Positions 47,026 to 56,646 of a stretch of DNA of 64,000 nucleotides are shown one piece after another. The stretch is from a virus (Duplodnaviria > Caudoviricetes): the IMG/VR virus record IMGVR_UViG_3300021256_004135, positions 1 through 64,000 of that record; one strand, 5' to 3'. Both the position numbers and the translations under genes were made by a program. Under the pieces are notes generated by a model. That model was not told the DNA's origin. It saw only the letters and a list, made by a program, of their open reading frames with translations, and searched no databases. Position 1 is the stretch's first letter. The number at the start of each line of letters is the position of its first letter.

Positions 47026-48474
47026 ATGACTTGGTATTATATTGTCCTTATTGTTGTTGGAGTGCTTTTGCTCTCCCTGCTGGTATTTCTTGTTTGCAAA
47101 ACCCTATGGGGGCATCATGTCAGATGGGAGGGCGGCTTTATTGGGTTTCTGCAAGCATTTGACTATGTGGCGCGTTTATATGCCATGAAATGGCACATCT
47201 GGCGACCCAAGCCACTGAAAGTTTTGAAGAGACCGAACCATAAAGAGATTTCAAAAGACAAAAAGGACAAAGCCGACAAGACTATAAACAAAAGGGGTAC
47301 TCTTTCTCCTGAAAAGATAGCAGAAATTGAGAGGAAGAACCAGGAATATGCTACAATAATGCAGAAAGAGAAAGAAGAGGAGAAGAAGTGGGATAGTGAA
47401 AATCTATTCCATGCGCGTGCCGCATTGCGTATCAACAAATCCATACCGTTCAATTTCGACTTGGGAGACAGCCACAAACGGCTGGCAATATACTATGAGC
47501 AGAGTTATGACGAGAATATAAACAACTACATCAGAACCCACTACGAAGAGTTGGCTCACTTATTCAAGTCTTATTCGCATGACATTACATTTGTCTATTT
47601 CCCAATGATGCTGGAGAACATACAAGAATCCATCCAATACAACAATCCCGACGCGCTCATTGGTGACATTTCACATAACACTCCAGAGTCTTTATATAAT
47701 ATCATAACGGAGAACATTGTCAAGATACCGACAAGCAATCCGATGATTCTGATTACCGACTACTACAATTCCGCCGGCTATCCGAAAGAGAAACTCGGAG
47801 ACACCGCAATGAGTTGTTTCTGTATTGAGTTGGAATACCAAAACGACGAACAATTTTCGGCAGTCCTTCAAAAACACGCGAAACAATTCAACCACGATTA
47901 CGCCGTCTTTTATCAGATACATACACCCAAAGGAAAGGATGTCGCGGACGGAACACCTATTAACGAGATTGCCAAAGAGATACAAACCCGCATAAACCAG
48001 TTGTATGCAATGGGTGTGAGCGAGTATGTTATTGGCCAGATTGTATCGCTCCCCAAACCGAAATTGAGCCAGCTGCTCATCACCGAGGACTTCCGCATTA
48101 TGCTTCCTGACTACAACAATATGGAAATCAAGATGCCCACATTATCAAAAACACTATTCCTCTTTTACCTCAACCATCCCGAAGGTGTGTTGTTCAAGGA
48201 GCTGCGAGACCATAAAAAGGAGCTGTCGGAAATCTACCGCAGCATATCACCGCTTGAGGATATGGATAAGATGAAGAAAAGCATCGAAGACATCGTGGAC
48301 AGCACCAAGAACTCCGTAAACGAAAAATGCAGCAGAATTAGAGCCGCATTTGTATCACAATTTAATGATAACCTCGCCCAAAACTACTACATAACCGGCT
48401 ATTCTGGGAAACCCAAAAAGATAGCCCTTGATAGGTCTTTGGTCATTGACAAGTCCGGCCTTCTGAAATTATAG
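47026..48474 (+). CDS. Membrane-anchored protein with C-terminal putative wHTH-like domain
   Basis: N-terminal TM; LPDYNNMEI, FYLNHPEG and NEKCSRIR motifs; promoter TATCTTTG at 46997. Confidence 0.55.
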   Translation: MTWYYIVLIVVGVLLLSLLVFLVCKTLWGHHVRWEGGFIGFLQAFDYVARLYAMKWHIWRPKPLKVLKRPNHKEISKDKKDKADKTINKRGTLSPEKIAEIERKNQEYATIMQKEKEEEKKWDSENLFHARAALRINKSIPFNFDLGDSHKRLAIYYEQSYDENINNYIRTHYEELAHLFKSYSHDITFVYFPMMLENIQESIQYNNPDALIGDISHNTPESLYNIITENIVKIPTSNPMILITDYYNSAGYPKEKLGDTAMSCFCIELEYQNDEQFSAVLQKHAKQFNHDYAVFYQIHTPKGKDVADGTPINEIAKEIQTRINQLYAMGVSEYVIGQIVSLPKPKLSQLLITEDFRIMLPDYNNMEIKMPTLSKTLFLFYLNHPEGVLFKELRDHKKELSEIYRSISPLEDMDKMKKSIEDIVDSTKNSVNEKCSRIRAAFVSQFNDNLAQNYYITGYSGKPKKIALDRSLVIDKSGLLKL

Positions 48475-49863
48475 ACCAGTATTACCGGCACTCTGTGCCT
48501 GCTTCTCCGCCACAATCTTCGCCACCTCCTCCTCTGGGCTATCCGTCAGCGACAGTCTCCGCACCGCCTCGTCGAGCGACACCAGGCCAGCGGTGTACAG
48601 CCCCTCCAGTTTCTGCCAATTCTCCTTCTCGTCCTCCCCGAAAGGCTCCGAGAACTCGAACTTAATCTTCAACTCATCCAGTTTCTTCTCCATCTCTGGG
48701 TGTAGGAACTTCAACACGGCGATGATGACGTTCTTGTCGCGGTCCACCAGCTCCTCGTATATCTCCATGCGGTTGGCGCGCTTGAGGTAGCCCAGTATCA
48801 TGGCGTTCTTGATAGCCACACCCGACAGCGTTCCGAGACCTTTGAGTTTCTCGAAGGAAAAGTCCGGCGTGAAGGTGTCGAACAGTATGCTCTTCTCCAA
48901 GTCCTCCTTCTCGGCGGCTCGCAGCTCGGAAGCCTGGGGTGGATTGACATACTCAAATCGGGAATCTCTGCCAGTGACTTGCATCAGTTTGGCCGGAGTG
49001 TTGGGGTCAACCATGCTGTTTATGACATCCGTGGTGGCCACGGCGATTGGGTCTGCGAAGTAGTTGTTGGTGTCGCCTATCTTGCTGTCTATTTCCTCCT
49101 CACGTGCCATTCGGGGTTCCGCGCCCTCCCAGGACTTCGGCTGCTGGTAGTAGATGAGGTTAATCTTGTGCGTGGGGTTGGGATAAGGCTTCACGCTCCA
49201 GCCCACGGCCTCCTTCTGAGTGAAGTAAGAGGCATCCTCCGTCAGAAAGTCCCAGTGCTGCACATAGCGGCCATTGGCGGAACGGAGCTTGTACCCGAAA
49301 GCCACGGCCACCAACTTGCCGTACTGGTCTTTGAGGGTGCGGAGGTCGTAGCCCAGGGAGCGTGCCAGGATGACCACGTTGCAATGGGGAGTATTGTCAT
49401 CGTCGCGGTAGAGGTGGTAGTACTTGGCACATTCCGTTTCAGATCCTGCGAGGCGTTTCACCTTGCGCATCGTGCTGTCGAAACGCTGCTCGGAGAGGAA
49501 GTCCGTAAACAGTTTATACGCCTCGTCGTCGCCCTCCACCTTGCGCCACAGTATAGGATTGCCAAGGAGGAAAAACAGCTCTATCTCATTGATATACCGC
49601 TGGCGGCACCTGGGGAGCTTGCAGGTGATGTACGGCTGCTTGTTCTTGGGAACGCGGTTGGGGCGGCGCATGATGTCGTGCTTCTGCGGCCAGTATTCCT
49701 TGATGGCGTTGTCCACGTCGGTCTCGTTGGAGTTCATCAGGTTGATGGCGTGCGGCACATCGCCGGAGGCCACATACTCGAAGAGCGTGCGTTCCGCGCC
49801 GGTGGCGTTGAGGATAAGGTTGCGGAAGAAATTGTGTATACCGCTTACGAAATTGGACTGCAT
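48469..49863 (-). CDS. Portal protein (SPP1 gp6-like)
   Basis: 464 aa; YINEIELFFLLGNP, NNYFADP and LSGVAIK motifs. Confidence 0.85.
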   Translation of the reverse strand: MQSNFVSGIHNFFRNLILNATGAERTLFEYVASGDVPHAINLMNSNETDVDNAIKEYWPQKHDIMRRPNRVPKNKQPYITCKLPRCRQRYINEIELFFLLGNPILWRKVEGDDEAYKLFTDFLSEQRFDSTMRKVKRLAGSETECAKYYHLYRDDDNTPHCNVVILARSLGYDLRTLKDQYGKLVAVAFGYKLRSANGRYVQHWDFLTEDASYFTQKEAVGWSVKPYPNPTHKINLIYYQQPKSWEGAEPRMAREEEIDSKIGDTNNYFADPIAVATTDVINSMVDPNTPAKLMQVTGRDSRFEYVNPPQASELRAAEKEDLEKSILFDTFTPDFSFEKLKGLGTLSGVAIKNAMILGYLKRANRMEIYEELVDRDKNVIIAVLKFLHPEMEKKLDELKIKFEFSEPFGEDEKENWQKLEGLYTAGLVSLDEAVRRLSLTDSPEEEVAKIVAEKQAQSAGNTGL

Positions 49864-49983
49864 GGTTGGTTACGGTTTGTGGTTTGACGTGCAAAAGTAC
49901 GTCATTTTCACCGTGTAACGTATGCCGTTGCAGTCTCTCGCGTTGGATGTCGGACGGTCGTTACAAAGAAATCCCAGAATGGG

Positions 49984-50244
49984 CTATTCTTTGCCTATGA
50001 AGTAGAGGTCAATCACGCTGCCCTCTCTGGAGATGATGGTGGCGTCGGGCTGCACGTCAGGATCGAGTGCCGCGCGTTTCGGGTCTTCTCGGTGTACGTA
50101 GATGTGCGCAGGAACGGTGATGTGCTGGTCTGTGCCGTGGAGGTCGCTGGTCAGCCAGCCGTCAGCACTTACCACGCCCCACATTGTGTTGTCCACCCCA
50201 AGGCGGTTGAGGCGGTCGATGATGGTCATTTCTCTCTGTGTCAT
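49984..50244 (-). CDS. Hypothetical protein
   Basis: Small ORF in an early-type cluster. Confidence 0.5.
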   Translation of the reverse strand: MTQREMTIIDRLNRLGVDNTMWGVVSADGWLTSDLHGTDQHITVPAHIYVHREDPKRAALDPDVQPDATIISREGSVIDLYFIGKE

Positions 50245-50297
50245 ATTGCTTTCGGTTTTACGGTGTACATTCGTCTGTTGAAACGGTCTATCACAAG

Positions 50298-50468
50298 TCA
50301 CCTGCAGGCGGTGTTGTCGGTTGCCGCTTGGCTTGCCACGGCTCTCGCCTCGCGCAGTATGTCATAACAAGCGTACAGCGCGTAGGTGTAGCCCACTTGG
50401 ATGATGGCGCAGCGCGTAGGGCATTCGCGCGCCGTGTCAAATGCTTTTTGTCGGTCTATGCGTATCAT
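50298..50468 (-). CDS. Hypothetical protein
   Basis: 56-aa in-operon ORF. Confidence 0.35.
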   Translation of the reverse strand: MIRIDRQKAFDTARECPTRCAIIQVGYTYALYACYDILREARAVASQAATDNTACR

Positions 50469-50479
50469 ATTATATGGTA

Positions 50480-50746
50480 TTATTGGTTGGTGTTCAATAC
50501 AAAGCCGATGCCTGCATTGGAGGCTGCATCGGCCAATTCTTCCATGTACCTCGGCGCAAAAGTTCGGTGTATGCCATCGGCGTGTATGGATGCCTCGCAA
50601 GTGCCGTCCTCATAGCGCATCACATTGATAACGTGACGCTCGATGCCGTTGTCGGTGTCAAGGGTCTCGCGCCAATGCCATGCACCCTCGCCGTCATAGT
50701 TGAAGTTGTTTTTGGCCAGAAGATAGGCCGAAATGGGCGTTTTCAT
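50480..50746 (-). CDS. Hypothetical protein
   Basis: 88-aa in-operon ORF. Confidence 0.5.
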   Translation of the reverse strand: MKTPISAYLLAKNNFNYDGEGAWHWRETLDTDNGIERHVINVMRYEDGTCEASIHADGIHRTFAPRYMEELADAASNAGIGFVLNTNQ

Positions 50747-50756
50747 ATCTATACTA

Positions 50757-51083
50757 TTATGCAATGCTGATAAGGTTGGCTTTCTTGAAGCAGCGGAAAT
50801 CCCTGCGCTCGGTGTCATAGTAGGTCTGCACCGTGTCGTTGGCCCTGCGGCCACTCTGCGCCACGTCCGGCACTATATTGTCCGCAAGTGTGCCGTATGC
50901 CTCGCGTATGCTGCCGTCCACCTTTTGAAAGTAGAACTTGACAATGCGCAATTTCATGGCCATCTTTAATTTGATGTTGCGCCACGCCGTTCTCAACGCC
51001 TCGGCCATTGTCATGCCGTTGGTCTTTACAAACTGCCACGCCAGTTGCATGACATCGCTTAAAAGTTGGTTTCTCGTTTTCAT
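50757..51083 (-). CDS. SH3/Sm-like beta-barrel (WYL_2-like) phage protein
   Basis: FYFQKVDGSIREAYGTL and YYDTERRDFRCFK motifs. Confidence 0.7.
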   Translation of the reverse strand: MKTRNQLLSDVMQLAWQFVKTNGMTMAEALRTAWRNIKLKMAMKLRIVKFYFQKVDGSIREAYGTLADNIVPDVAQSGRRANDTVQTYYDTERRDFRCFKKANLISIA

Positions 51084-51095
51084 CTTGTTATATAT

Positions 51096-51413
51096 TTAAT
51101 CGGTTGTTCTATAGTAATATTCTGCATCCTCGCCCGTGAGGTTTTCACCGCACCATGCGTCCAGTCCGCGCCACAGCTCGTCATATTCACGCGCCAGTTC
51201 TTCATTGTGCTGGTAGTGCTGCCATATTTTGTGGTTCAGTACCATTACCAACTCGGTGAGATAGACGATGTTGTCGCGCCATCCGGCCACGGCTCTGTTG
51301 TAGGTGTCGCGCACGGCCTTTACACCGAATCGGTCGGCTATTGAAAAGTCCATCCAAAAAGTGGTCTTGGGCGTATAGCCGTTTTCTGCCATTATTGCTT
51401 CAAATGCGTTCAT
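51096..51413 (-). CDS. Hypothetical phage protein
   Basis: 105 aa; first gene after repeat copy 2. Confidence 0.6.
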   Translation of the reverse strand: MNAFEAIMAENGYTPKTTFWMDFSIADRFGVKAVRDTYNRAVAGWRDNIVYLTELVMVLNHKIWQHYQHNEELAREYDELWRGLDAWCGENLTGEDAEYYYRTTD

Positions 51414-51425
51414 ATTATTTTGTAT

Positions 51426-51596
51426 TTATTATATTCTTTGTTTTAATTTTCTAATGCAAAATTACATATTTTATTTTAATTGACAAAATATTTTTTCAAA
51501 ATAATTAAACATTTAACATTAACCAAAATATAACATACTTAAAATAAACACTATAATAATATGCAACAAGATTAAAATTAACATTTTAATTTGCCA
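51426..51596 (-). repeat. About 170-bp AT-rich promoter/operator unit, copy 2
   Basis: Colinear similarity to 41447-41617. Confidence 0.75.
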
Positions 51597-51692
51597 CAAA
51601 AGCACACTTTCTCGCGCTCTGTTTAGCAAAAAATGACTATATTTGCACTTGCATTCTACACGAAAGCAAACACAAAAGTAAAGAGTAACACA

Positions 51693-52118
51693 ATGATAGG
51701 ACTACGCGACGGTTGGAAGATATACGTGGGCATCGCTCCCTGGTACTGTGGGGAGGGCGAGGACTGGCACGACGGTCTGTATCATATCAAAGAAGGTCTC
51801 CCCGCATTACCCTCACGAGGAGACTTCTTCCGCCCATCGACAGCAGCATACAATGCGATGGAGGCTGTTTTCGGAGAACAACCCTGCAAAGACTGCCCAG
51901 ACAAGAACGGAGGATGTATGTGTCATAATTATGGTCGCAGCCCCATACTCCACACCAGCGACTGCAACTATGTGATGGATGTATGCTTCTTCCAGGAAGA
52001 GAAGGAGATAATAATAATCTTGACTTGTGAAGTTGGCGAGCCAGTCGTTTCCGTCTCAAAGGGAAGCGACACAAACCTCAAATTAAGACTTATGGCAAAG
52101 GTGTTGGGTAAATCCTGA
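51693..52118 (+). CDS. Hypothetical Cys-rich protein
   Basis: CKDC...CMC motif. Confidence 0.5.
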   Translation: MIGLRDGWKIYVGIAPWYCGEGEDWHDGLYHIKEGLPALPSRGDFFRPSTAAYNAMEAVFGEQPCKDCPDKNGGCMCHNYGRSPILHTSDCNYVMDVCFFQEEKEIIIILTCEVGEPVVSVSKGSDTNLKLRLMAKVLGKS

Positions 52119-52129
52119 CACACCAAGTG

Positions 52130-53008
52130 TCAGTTCCTATCCTTGAAGAAATCAGCCCAGTATGGATTTTCCTTGTCGAATATCTCCTTCTGCTCCTTGG
52201 TCAGTTTGTAGGGATAGTCGGCAAATAGGTTGAAGATGGTCTTCTTGTCAAATGAGAACAGATGCTCTCCCTTGCTTTCTGGATTGTCTATCCAGTATAT
52301 CTGGTCATCAGGGTTTTCCTTGTAGAACATTCCGTTATTCAGCACCTCACATACCCATCCAAAGGCTCTGGCCATCCGCTTCTCCGAGTCGATGAAGTGG
52401 CCACCTGGATTCCATTCCAGCACCGTTTCGATGCCCTGGGCGGAAACCAACTCGTGCTGCTTCCGAATAGCGTCGTCCACATGGGCCATGACGGGGTTCT
52501 TGGTGCGGAACTCCCTGTCACCGAGACTGAGGTACACAGCATTGCTGTGAATCTCCTTCCCATCAATATAGTCAGCCCATTGAGAATACCAGACAGATGG
52601 TGAAGCGGCGGCGATACCGTCGCAGATGTCGGAGTTGTAACCAGCCCACAATGCGAACAGTCCGGCCAGAGAGTAGCCGCCGAGGACAATCTTCATTGCT
52701 CCCCAGCGTTCCTGCAGGGTGGGGATTAGGACATTTTTGACATAACCAAGTGTCATTTCCGCACCATCACCGAAAGGCTGCTTGCCGAAGGTTGGCGGTG
52801 CCGGCCACGGAGTGAGTTCCGACATCCAGTCCTTGATACCGAAGGCCACCAGGTTGAAGGGAGCGTCGGTGTGGCTGCATATCAGCTCCACCTCGCTATC
52901 AAGTAGGCTCTGGTCGTGGTCATCCACGGGTTGGAGCAGCAGGATCTGCGCACCGTCCGTTGTGTAGATGGTGCAATCACGTCCTCCTATGGTCTCCGTA
53001 GTCTTCAT
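52130..53008 (-). CDS. Alpha/beta esterase fused to a small C-terminal domain
   Basis: GYSLAG nucleophile elbow and GGHF; extra domain begins MFYKENPDD. Confidence 0.75.
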   Translation of the reverse strand: MKTTETIGGRDCTIYTTDGAQILLLQPVDDHDQSLLDSEVELICSHTDAPFNLVAFGIKDWMSELTPWPAPPTFGKQPFGDGAEMTLGYVKNVLIPTLQERWGAMKIVLGGYSLAGLFALWAGYNSDICDGIAAASPSVWYSQWADYIDGKEIHSNAVYLSLGDREFRTKNPVMAHVDDAIRKQHELVSAQGIETVLEWNPGGHFIDSEKRMARAFGWVCEVLNNGMFYKENPDDQIYWIDNPESKGEHLFSFDKKTIFNLFADYPYKLTKEQKEIFDKENPYWADFFKDRN

Positions 53009-54216
53009 TTCCAGATGCTGCTGTCTTTGCCGGAGCCAATCTCAAAGTGCAACTTGGCAATTCCAAGGTCAAGACCGGCGAATGGTCCATGCCCTTCTGT
53101 AGCCATCACCTTGCCGTCAGCCATCTGTGCAAAGCGGAAGTTTTGCTTGTTCATCGCCGAGGGAGCCAGCATAACACACTCGATACCTTTCTTGAACCAG
53201 TCGTGCGTATAGGCAAGCGAGGCCACTTCCTCGATAGGTTTGCTGGTGTGTGCGATACCCTGGGTTGTACCATAACCGATGGAGATAACGGCCACATACT
53301 TCTCATCCTTGCCGACCTGCACGGCCTTCTCCTTGGAGAAAGAGCCAGCCACCCAGCAAGTGTTCAATCCCATCTGCTGCGCCATTAGCACAAGCCGCTC
53401 TCCCTCATAGCCGAGTTTCACTTTCAAGTCATCGGTCTTCTTTCCCACCAGGGCGATATAGTTCACCGCGCCGGAGAACTTGCAGTATTTGGCGAGGAAG
53501 CCGGAGAAAGCCTTTGGCTCATTCTGAATAAGTTGTATATGCAGACCTCTGTCGGTGTTAATGCTTTCAATCTTCGCTTGTAAGGCAGCAACATGTTCAT
53601 CCGACAAGGGCTGTTCCTTATACTGTCGCACGGAATGGCGTGCCTTAATCGCTTCTTCTATGGTCATCTTGTATTTCTTGTATACGTAATCGAACAATAT
53701 GTCATAACTGTATGGGCGGAGGTCGTGGACATCCTTGTAGCCATCAGCAGCTTCGGTCAGCACTCCGGCCAGTTCCGCACCGACTTCGCCTGCCATCATC
53801 TGCGGGTCTGGAGACAGTCCGCACCGCAGCAGGTCAAGACGGTCGGCATCAAAACAAATATCCACCGTGATGTCTTCCGCATTCTTCTCAAAGGTGTGAT
53901 GGTAACAGGCTGTCCTCAACTTTCCAATTTGCTCGTCACTTAACTCACTCATATAGGTATCTCTGACCTTGTCAATCAGTTCCGCCGCGTTGGGACCGTG
54001 TTCGGTGCAACAGCCGTCATCTGTCCGCATGGAGTCATGGGTGTACGCGAACCATGATATGACCTCTTTGTCGGCCTCTGGACAGACTTCCGCCATAAGC
54101 AAGCCGAATGCCTCCACTCTTTTCCAATGGTTGAGGCCGTGAATCCTTGAGCAGGATGCCGCCTCATTGGTTCGGTGGACGTAATCTATGAATGCGTTCA
54201 GTTTCGTTCTGTCCAT
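53005..54216 (-). CDS. HD-domain / nitroreductase fusion
   Basis: IHGLNHW..THD..CFDADRLDL, then MTIEEAIKARHSVRQY...LAPSAMNKQ. Confidence 0.75.
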   Translation of the reverse strand: MDRTKLNAFIDYVHRTNEAASCSRIHGLNHWKRVEAFGLLMAEVCPEADKEVISWFAYTHDSMRTDDGCCTEHGPNAAELIDKVRDTYMSELSDEQIGKLRTACYHHTFEKNAEDITVDICFDADRLDLLRCGLSPDPQMMAGEVGAELAGVLTEAADGYKDVHDLRPYSYDILFDYVYKKYKMTIEEAIKARHSVRQYKEQPLSDEHVAALQAKIESINTDRGLHIQLIQNEPKAFSGFLAKYCKFSGAVNYIALVGKKTDDLKVKLGYEGERLVLMAQQMGLNTCWVAGSFSKEKAVQVGKDEKYVAVISIGYGTTQGIAHTSKPIEEVASLAYTHDWFKKGIECVMLAPSAMNKQNFRFAQMADGKVMATEGHGPFAGLDLGIAKLHFEIGSGKDSSIWK

Positions 54217-54227
54217 ATTGTATCCTC

Positions 54228-54761
54228 CTATCTCACCCTTTCCATGTGATAGCCCATCCGTTTCAACTGCATGGCCATACCGAAGAGGTAGAGCTGCCGC
54301 AAACATGTCACATAGGCATCGAAAGCCTCCTTGGTGCCTGGCTCTATCTGCTCACGTATTAGGTCGAAGTTCACCCTCGTGGCGCACTCGCTGACCACTT
54401 GGGATAGGTCTTCATATTCTTCTCCACGTACCATCAGCACGTCCTCGCAGATGTACTCATCCAAGGAATCGTAGCCACGCTTATCGCGCATGTAGAGGTA
54501 GAGGTCTTCTATCTGGGAGTATATCTCCCACTCATCATCCCACAGCTTGGCCACGGCCATTCCGATATACATCATCCAGCCAAGGCTGGCCACGGGATAG
54601 TCGCGGTACTCACGCGCACCGTCGGGAATATATGACTGACCTATCGACTCCCACTTGTCCGTCACATCGGGGCATTCAGGAAGCCGCTCGTCGACTTTTC
54701 CTATTTCCACAAGGTACTGGAGCAGGCTTTTATGTATCGTATTCTCAAACTTATCTGCCAT
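54228..54761 (-). CDS. Hypothetical protein
   Basis: 177-aa ORF; minus-strand TATCTTTG promoter just upstream. Confidence 0.6.
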   Translation of the reverse strand: MADKFENTIHKSLLQYLVEIGKVDERLPECPDVTDKWESIGQSYIPDGAREYRDYPVASLGWMMYIGMAVAKLWDDEWEIYSQIEDLYLYMRDKRGYDSLDEYICEDVLMVRGEEYEDLSQVVSECATRVNFDLIREQIEPGTKEAFDAYVTCLRQLYLFGMAMQLKRMGYHMERVR

Positions 54762-54824
54762 TGTATCATTACACTAATGAAGATGCAAAGATACAAAAAT
54801 AAACTGACATGGCAGCGAAAATCT

Positions 54825-56123
54825 TTAGTACGGAACGTCATCCGCCGTCACCCTGACAGACCGCAGTATGCGACCGAGCAACTTCCCAAGCACATAATAC
54901 CTTACCGCGTCAATGGCGTGGTTGAAGGCATCGATAGGAACATTCACAAAATTGCCGTCCTTGTCTTTCGACCAGGTGTAGCTCCGAAACTCGTTGATGA
55001 GGTTCTGCGAGCGCCGCGTGACGTGTATGCGGAGGGTCTTCATCTTGTCGATACCGGCCAGTACAGATCCTGCTCCCTTCATCACGGGATAGATAAGGAT
55101 GCCAGCGTTGGCAATCTCCTGAATAAGACGGGGGTCTGCGCTGTCGGCCATCACCTCCAGACCATTGCCCTTGGCTCCCAGTTCGCGTATGATGTCCTTG
55201 GAGAGCATCTGCGGGGCATAGAAGAGTTCGTCGAGGTAGAGGTCATCGCCCAGCAGACCGCACCGTATGCCTGCGGAGGGGTCTTGCGTGAAGCCAAAGT
55301 CCAGACCCAGAGCCTGGTGCTTGCAGCCTTCGGGGAACTCATCCACAATATCCCAGTTCTCAAAGACAACACCCTCCACCTCGTCAGCCCAACGCCCCAT
55401 GATGGTATGGGCGTACTGCTGCGGATTGGTCTCCTTGATGCGCTTTACCTCGGAAAGGAACTCCTCGGAGAGGTTCTCAAGATTATCGAGGTAAGTGGTG
55501 TGGATATGCAGAACGGAAGGGTTGGTGCTTATCTGAACGGGAACGCCGTCGAAGTATTCTATGCGGTGGGAGTTCTCAATGTATTTTTTGTAGATGAAGT
55601 GGTGCTTATCCGTGGGGTTCATCACGATGATGATGCGGTTCTGGATACCCTTCTGTCGGATGGAGAGCATAATGGTCATAAACTCACGCTCGCTCGTCCA
55701 CTCCTCGGCCTCGTCACACACGAAGGTGGTGATGCCGTGGATGGACTTGAGTTTGGCCGTCTGGTTTCCGCTGCTGGTCTTGATGCCTCGGAACATTATC
55801 TTCGAGCCGGTCTTGCGGTTCACCACGTCCTGCTTGGTGGCGTGGAAGTATTCCGCCACATCGTCGGCCTCGACCTTTTCAAGAAACTCTGGGATGACGG
55901 ATAGCTCGGCGGAGGTCATCGTGTAGCGGGAGAAGAGGATGTTATGGACTATCCGTTCCTCCTGGCCGTACTTGTTTGTGGCCATCTGAAACTCAAAGGA
56001 AAGTCTTTCAAGGAATGTGGAGACAGCGTAAGACTTGCCGCTTCCGCGCCCTCCCGTGATAAGGATGATGGGTTTGGAAGTGTCGGCATATAAGGGATAA
56101 TATACGGAATGGGTCTTTATCAT
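54825..56123 (-). CDS. terL: Terminase large subunit (PBSX/SPP1 type)
   Basis: GGRGSGKS, DEAEE, GLDFGF and NHAIDAVRY motifs. Confidence 0.93.
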   Translation of the reverse strand: MIKTHSVYYPLYADTSKPIILITGGRGSGKSYAVSTFLERLSFEFQMATNKYGQEERIVHNILFSRYTMTSAELSVIPEFLEKVEADDVAEYFHATKQDVVNRKTGSKIMFRGIKTSSGNQTAKLKSIHGITTFVCDEAEEWTSEREFMTIMLSIRQKGIQNRIIIVMNPTDKHHFIYKKYIENSHRIEYFDGVPVQISTNPSVLHIHTTYLDNLENLSEEFLSEVKRIKETNPQQYAHTIMGRWADEVEGVVFENWDIVDEFPEGCKHQALGLDFGFTQDPSAGIRCGLLGDDLYLDELFYAPQMLSKDIIRELGAKGNGLEVMADSADPRLIQEIANAGILIYPVMKGAGSVLAGIDKMKTLRIHVTRRSQNLINEFRSYTWSKDKDGNFVNVPIDAFNHAIDAVRYYVLGKLLGRILRSVRVTADDVPY

Positions 56124-56563
56124 TGCTCGTCGTCACTCTCTTCGGCCTGCATCTTATCTGCCGTCATCTCCAACTCTATCCACTTGTGGATGTCAATGCC
56201 CTTGGTTGCAATAGTATGATGCACCGTGGCCTCCTCGCCGAAGCCCTCATCCTTGCCGAGGGTGGTCATAAAGTAGCGGAGCATCTGCGGGTCGGGATGT
56301 TCCTGCCAGCCCACGAACTTGCCTTTCTCCATGATGGGAACACCGAAAGCCACGGCCTGCGCCGTGGAGACAGCCTTGTCGAAGGTGCGCATACGAGCCT
56401 CGTAGAGGGCATCGTCGAACTCCTCGTCCTCGTTGCACCAGCGGCGGAGCATCTTGCGAGACACGCCAAGCATACGCGCCGCCTCGGAGAGGTTTCCGCC
56501 GGTGGCGGCCAGCACCTTTTCCAGTTTCTCTACTGGAGGCTTCTTATAGGGTTTGCTTGGCAT
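56120..56563 (-). CDS. terS: Terminase small subunit
   Basis: N-terminal HTH; ATGA-coupled to terL. Confidence 0.7.
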   Translation of the reverse strand: MPSKPYKKPPVEKLEKVLAATGGNLSEAARMLGVSRKMLRRWCNEDEEFDDALYEARMRTFDKAVSTAQAVAFGVPIMEKGKFVGWQEHPDPQMLRYFMTTLGKDEGFGEEATVHHTIATKGIDIHKWIELEMTADKMQAEESDDEQ

Positions 56564-56646
56564 ATCGGTTATGGTATATGGTTATGGTTTTCATCGGTTT
56601 GCCCTCGCGCGTGCACGTGAAGACTGGGAACTATGGGACATTTGGA

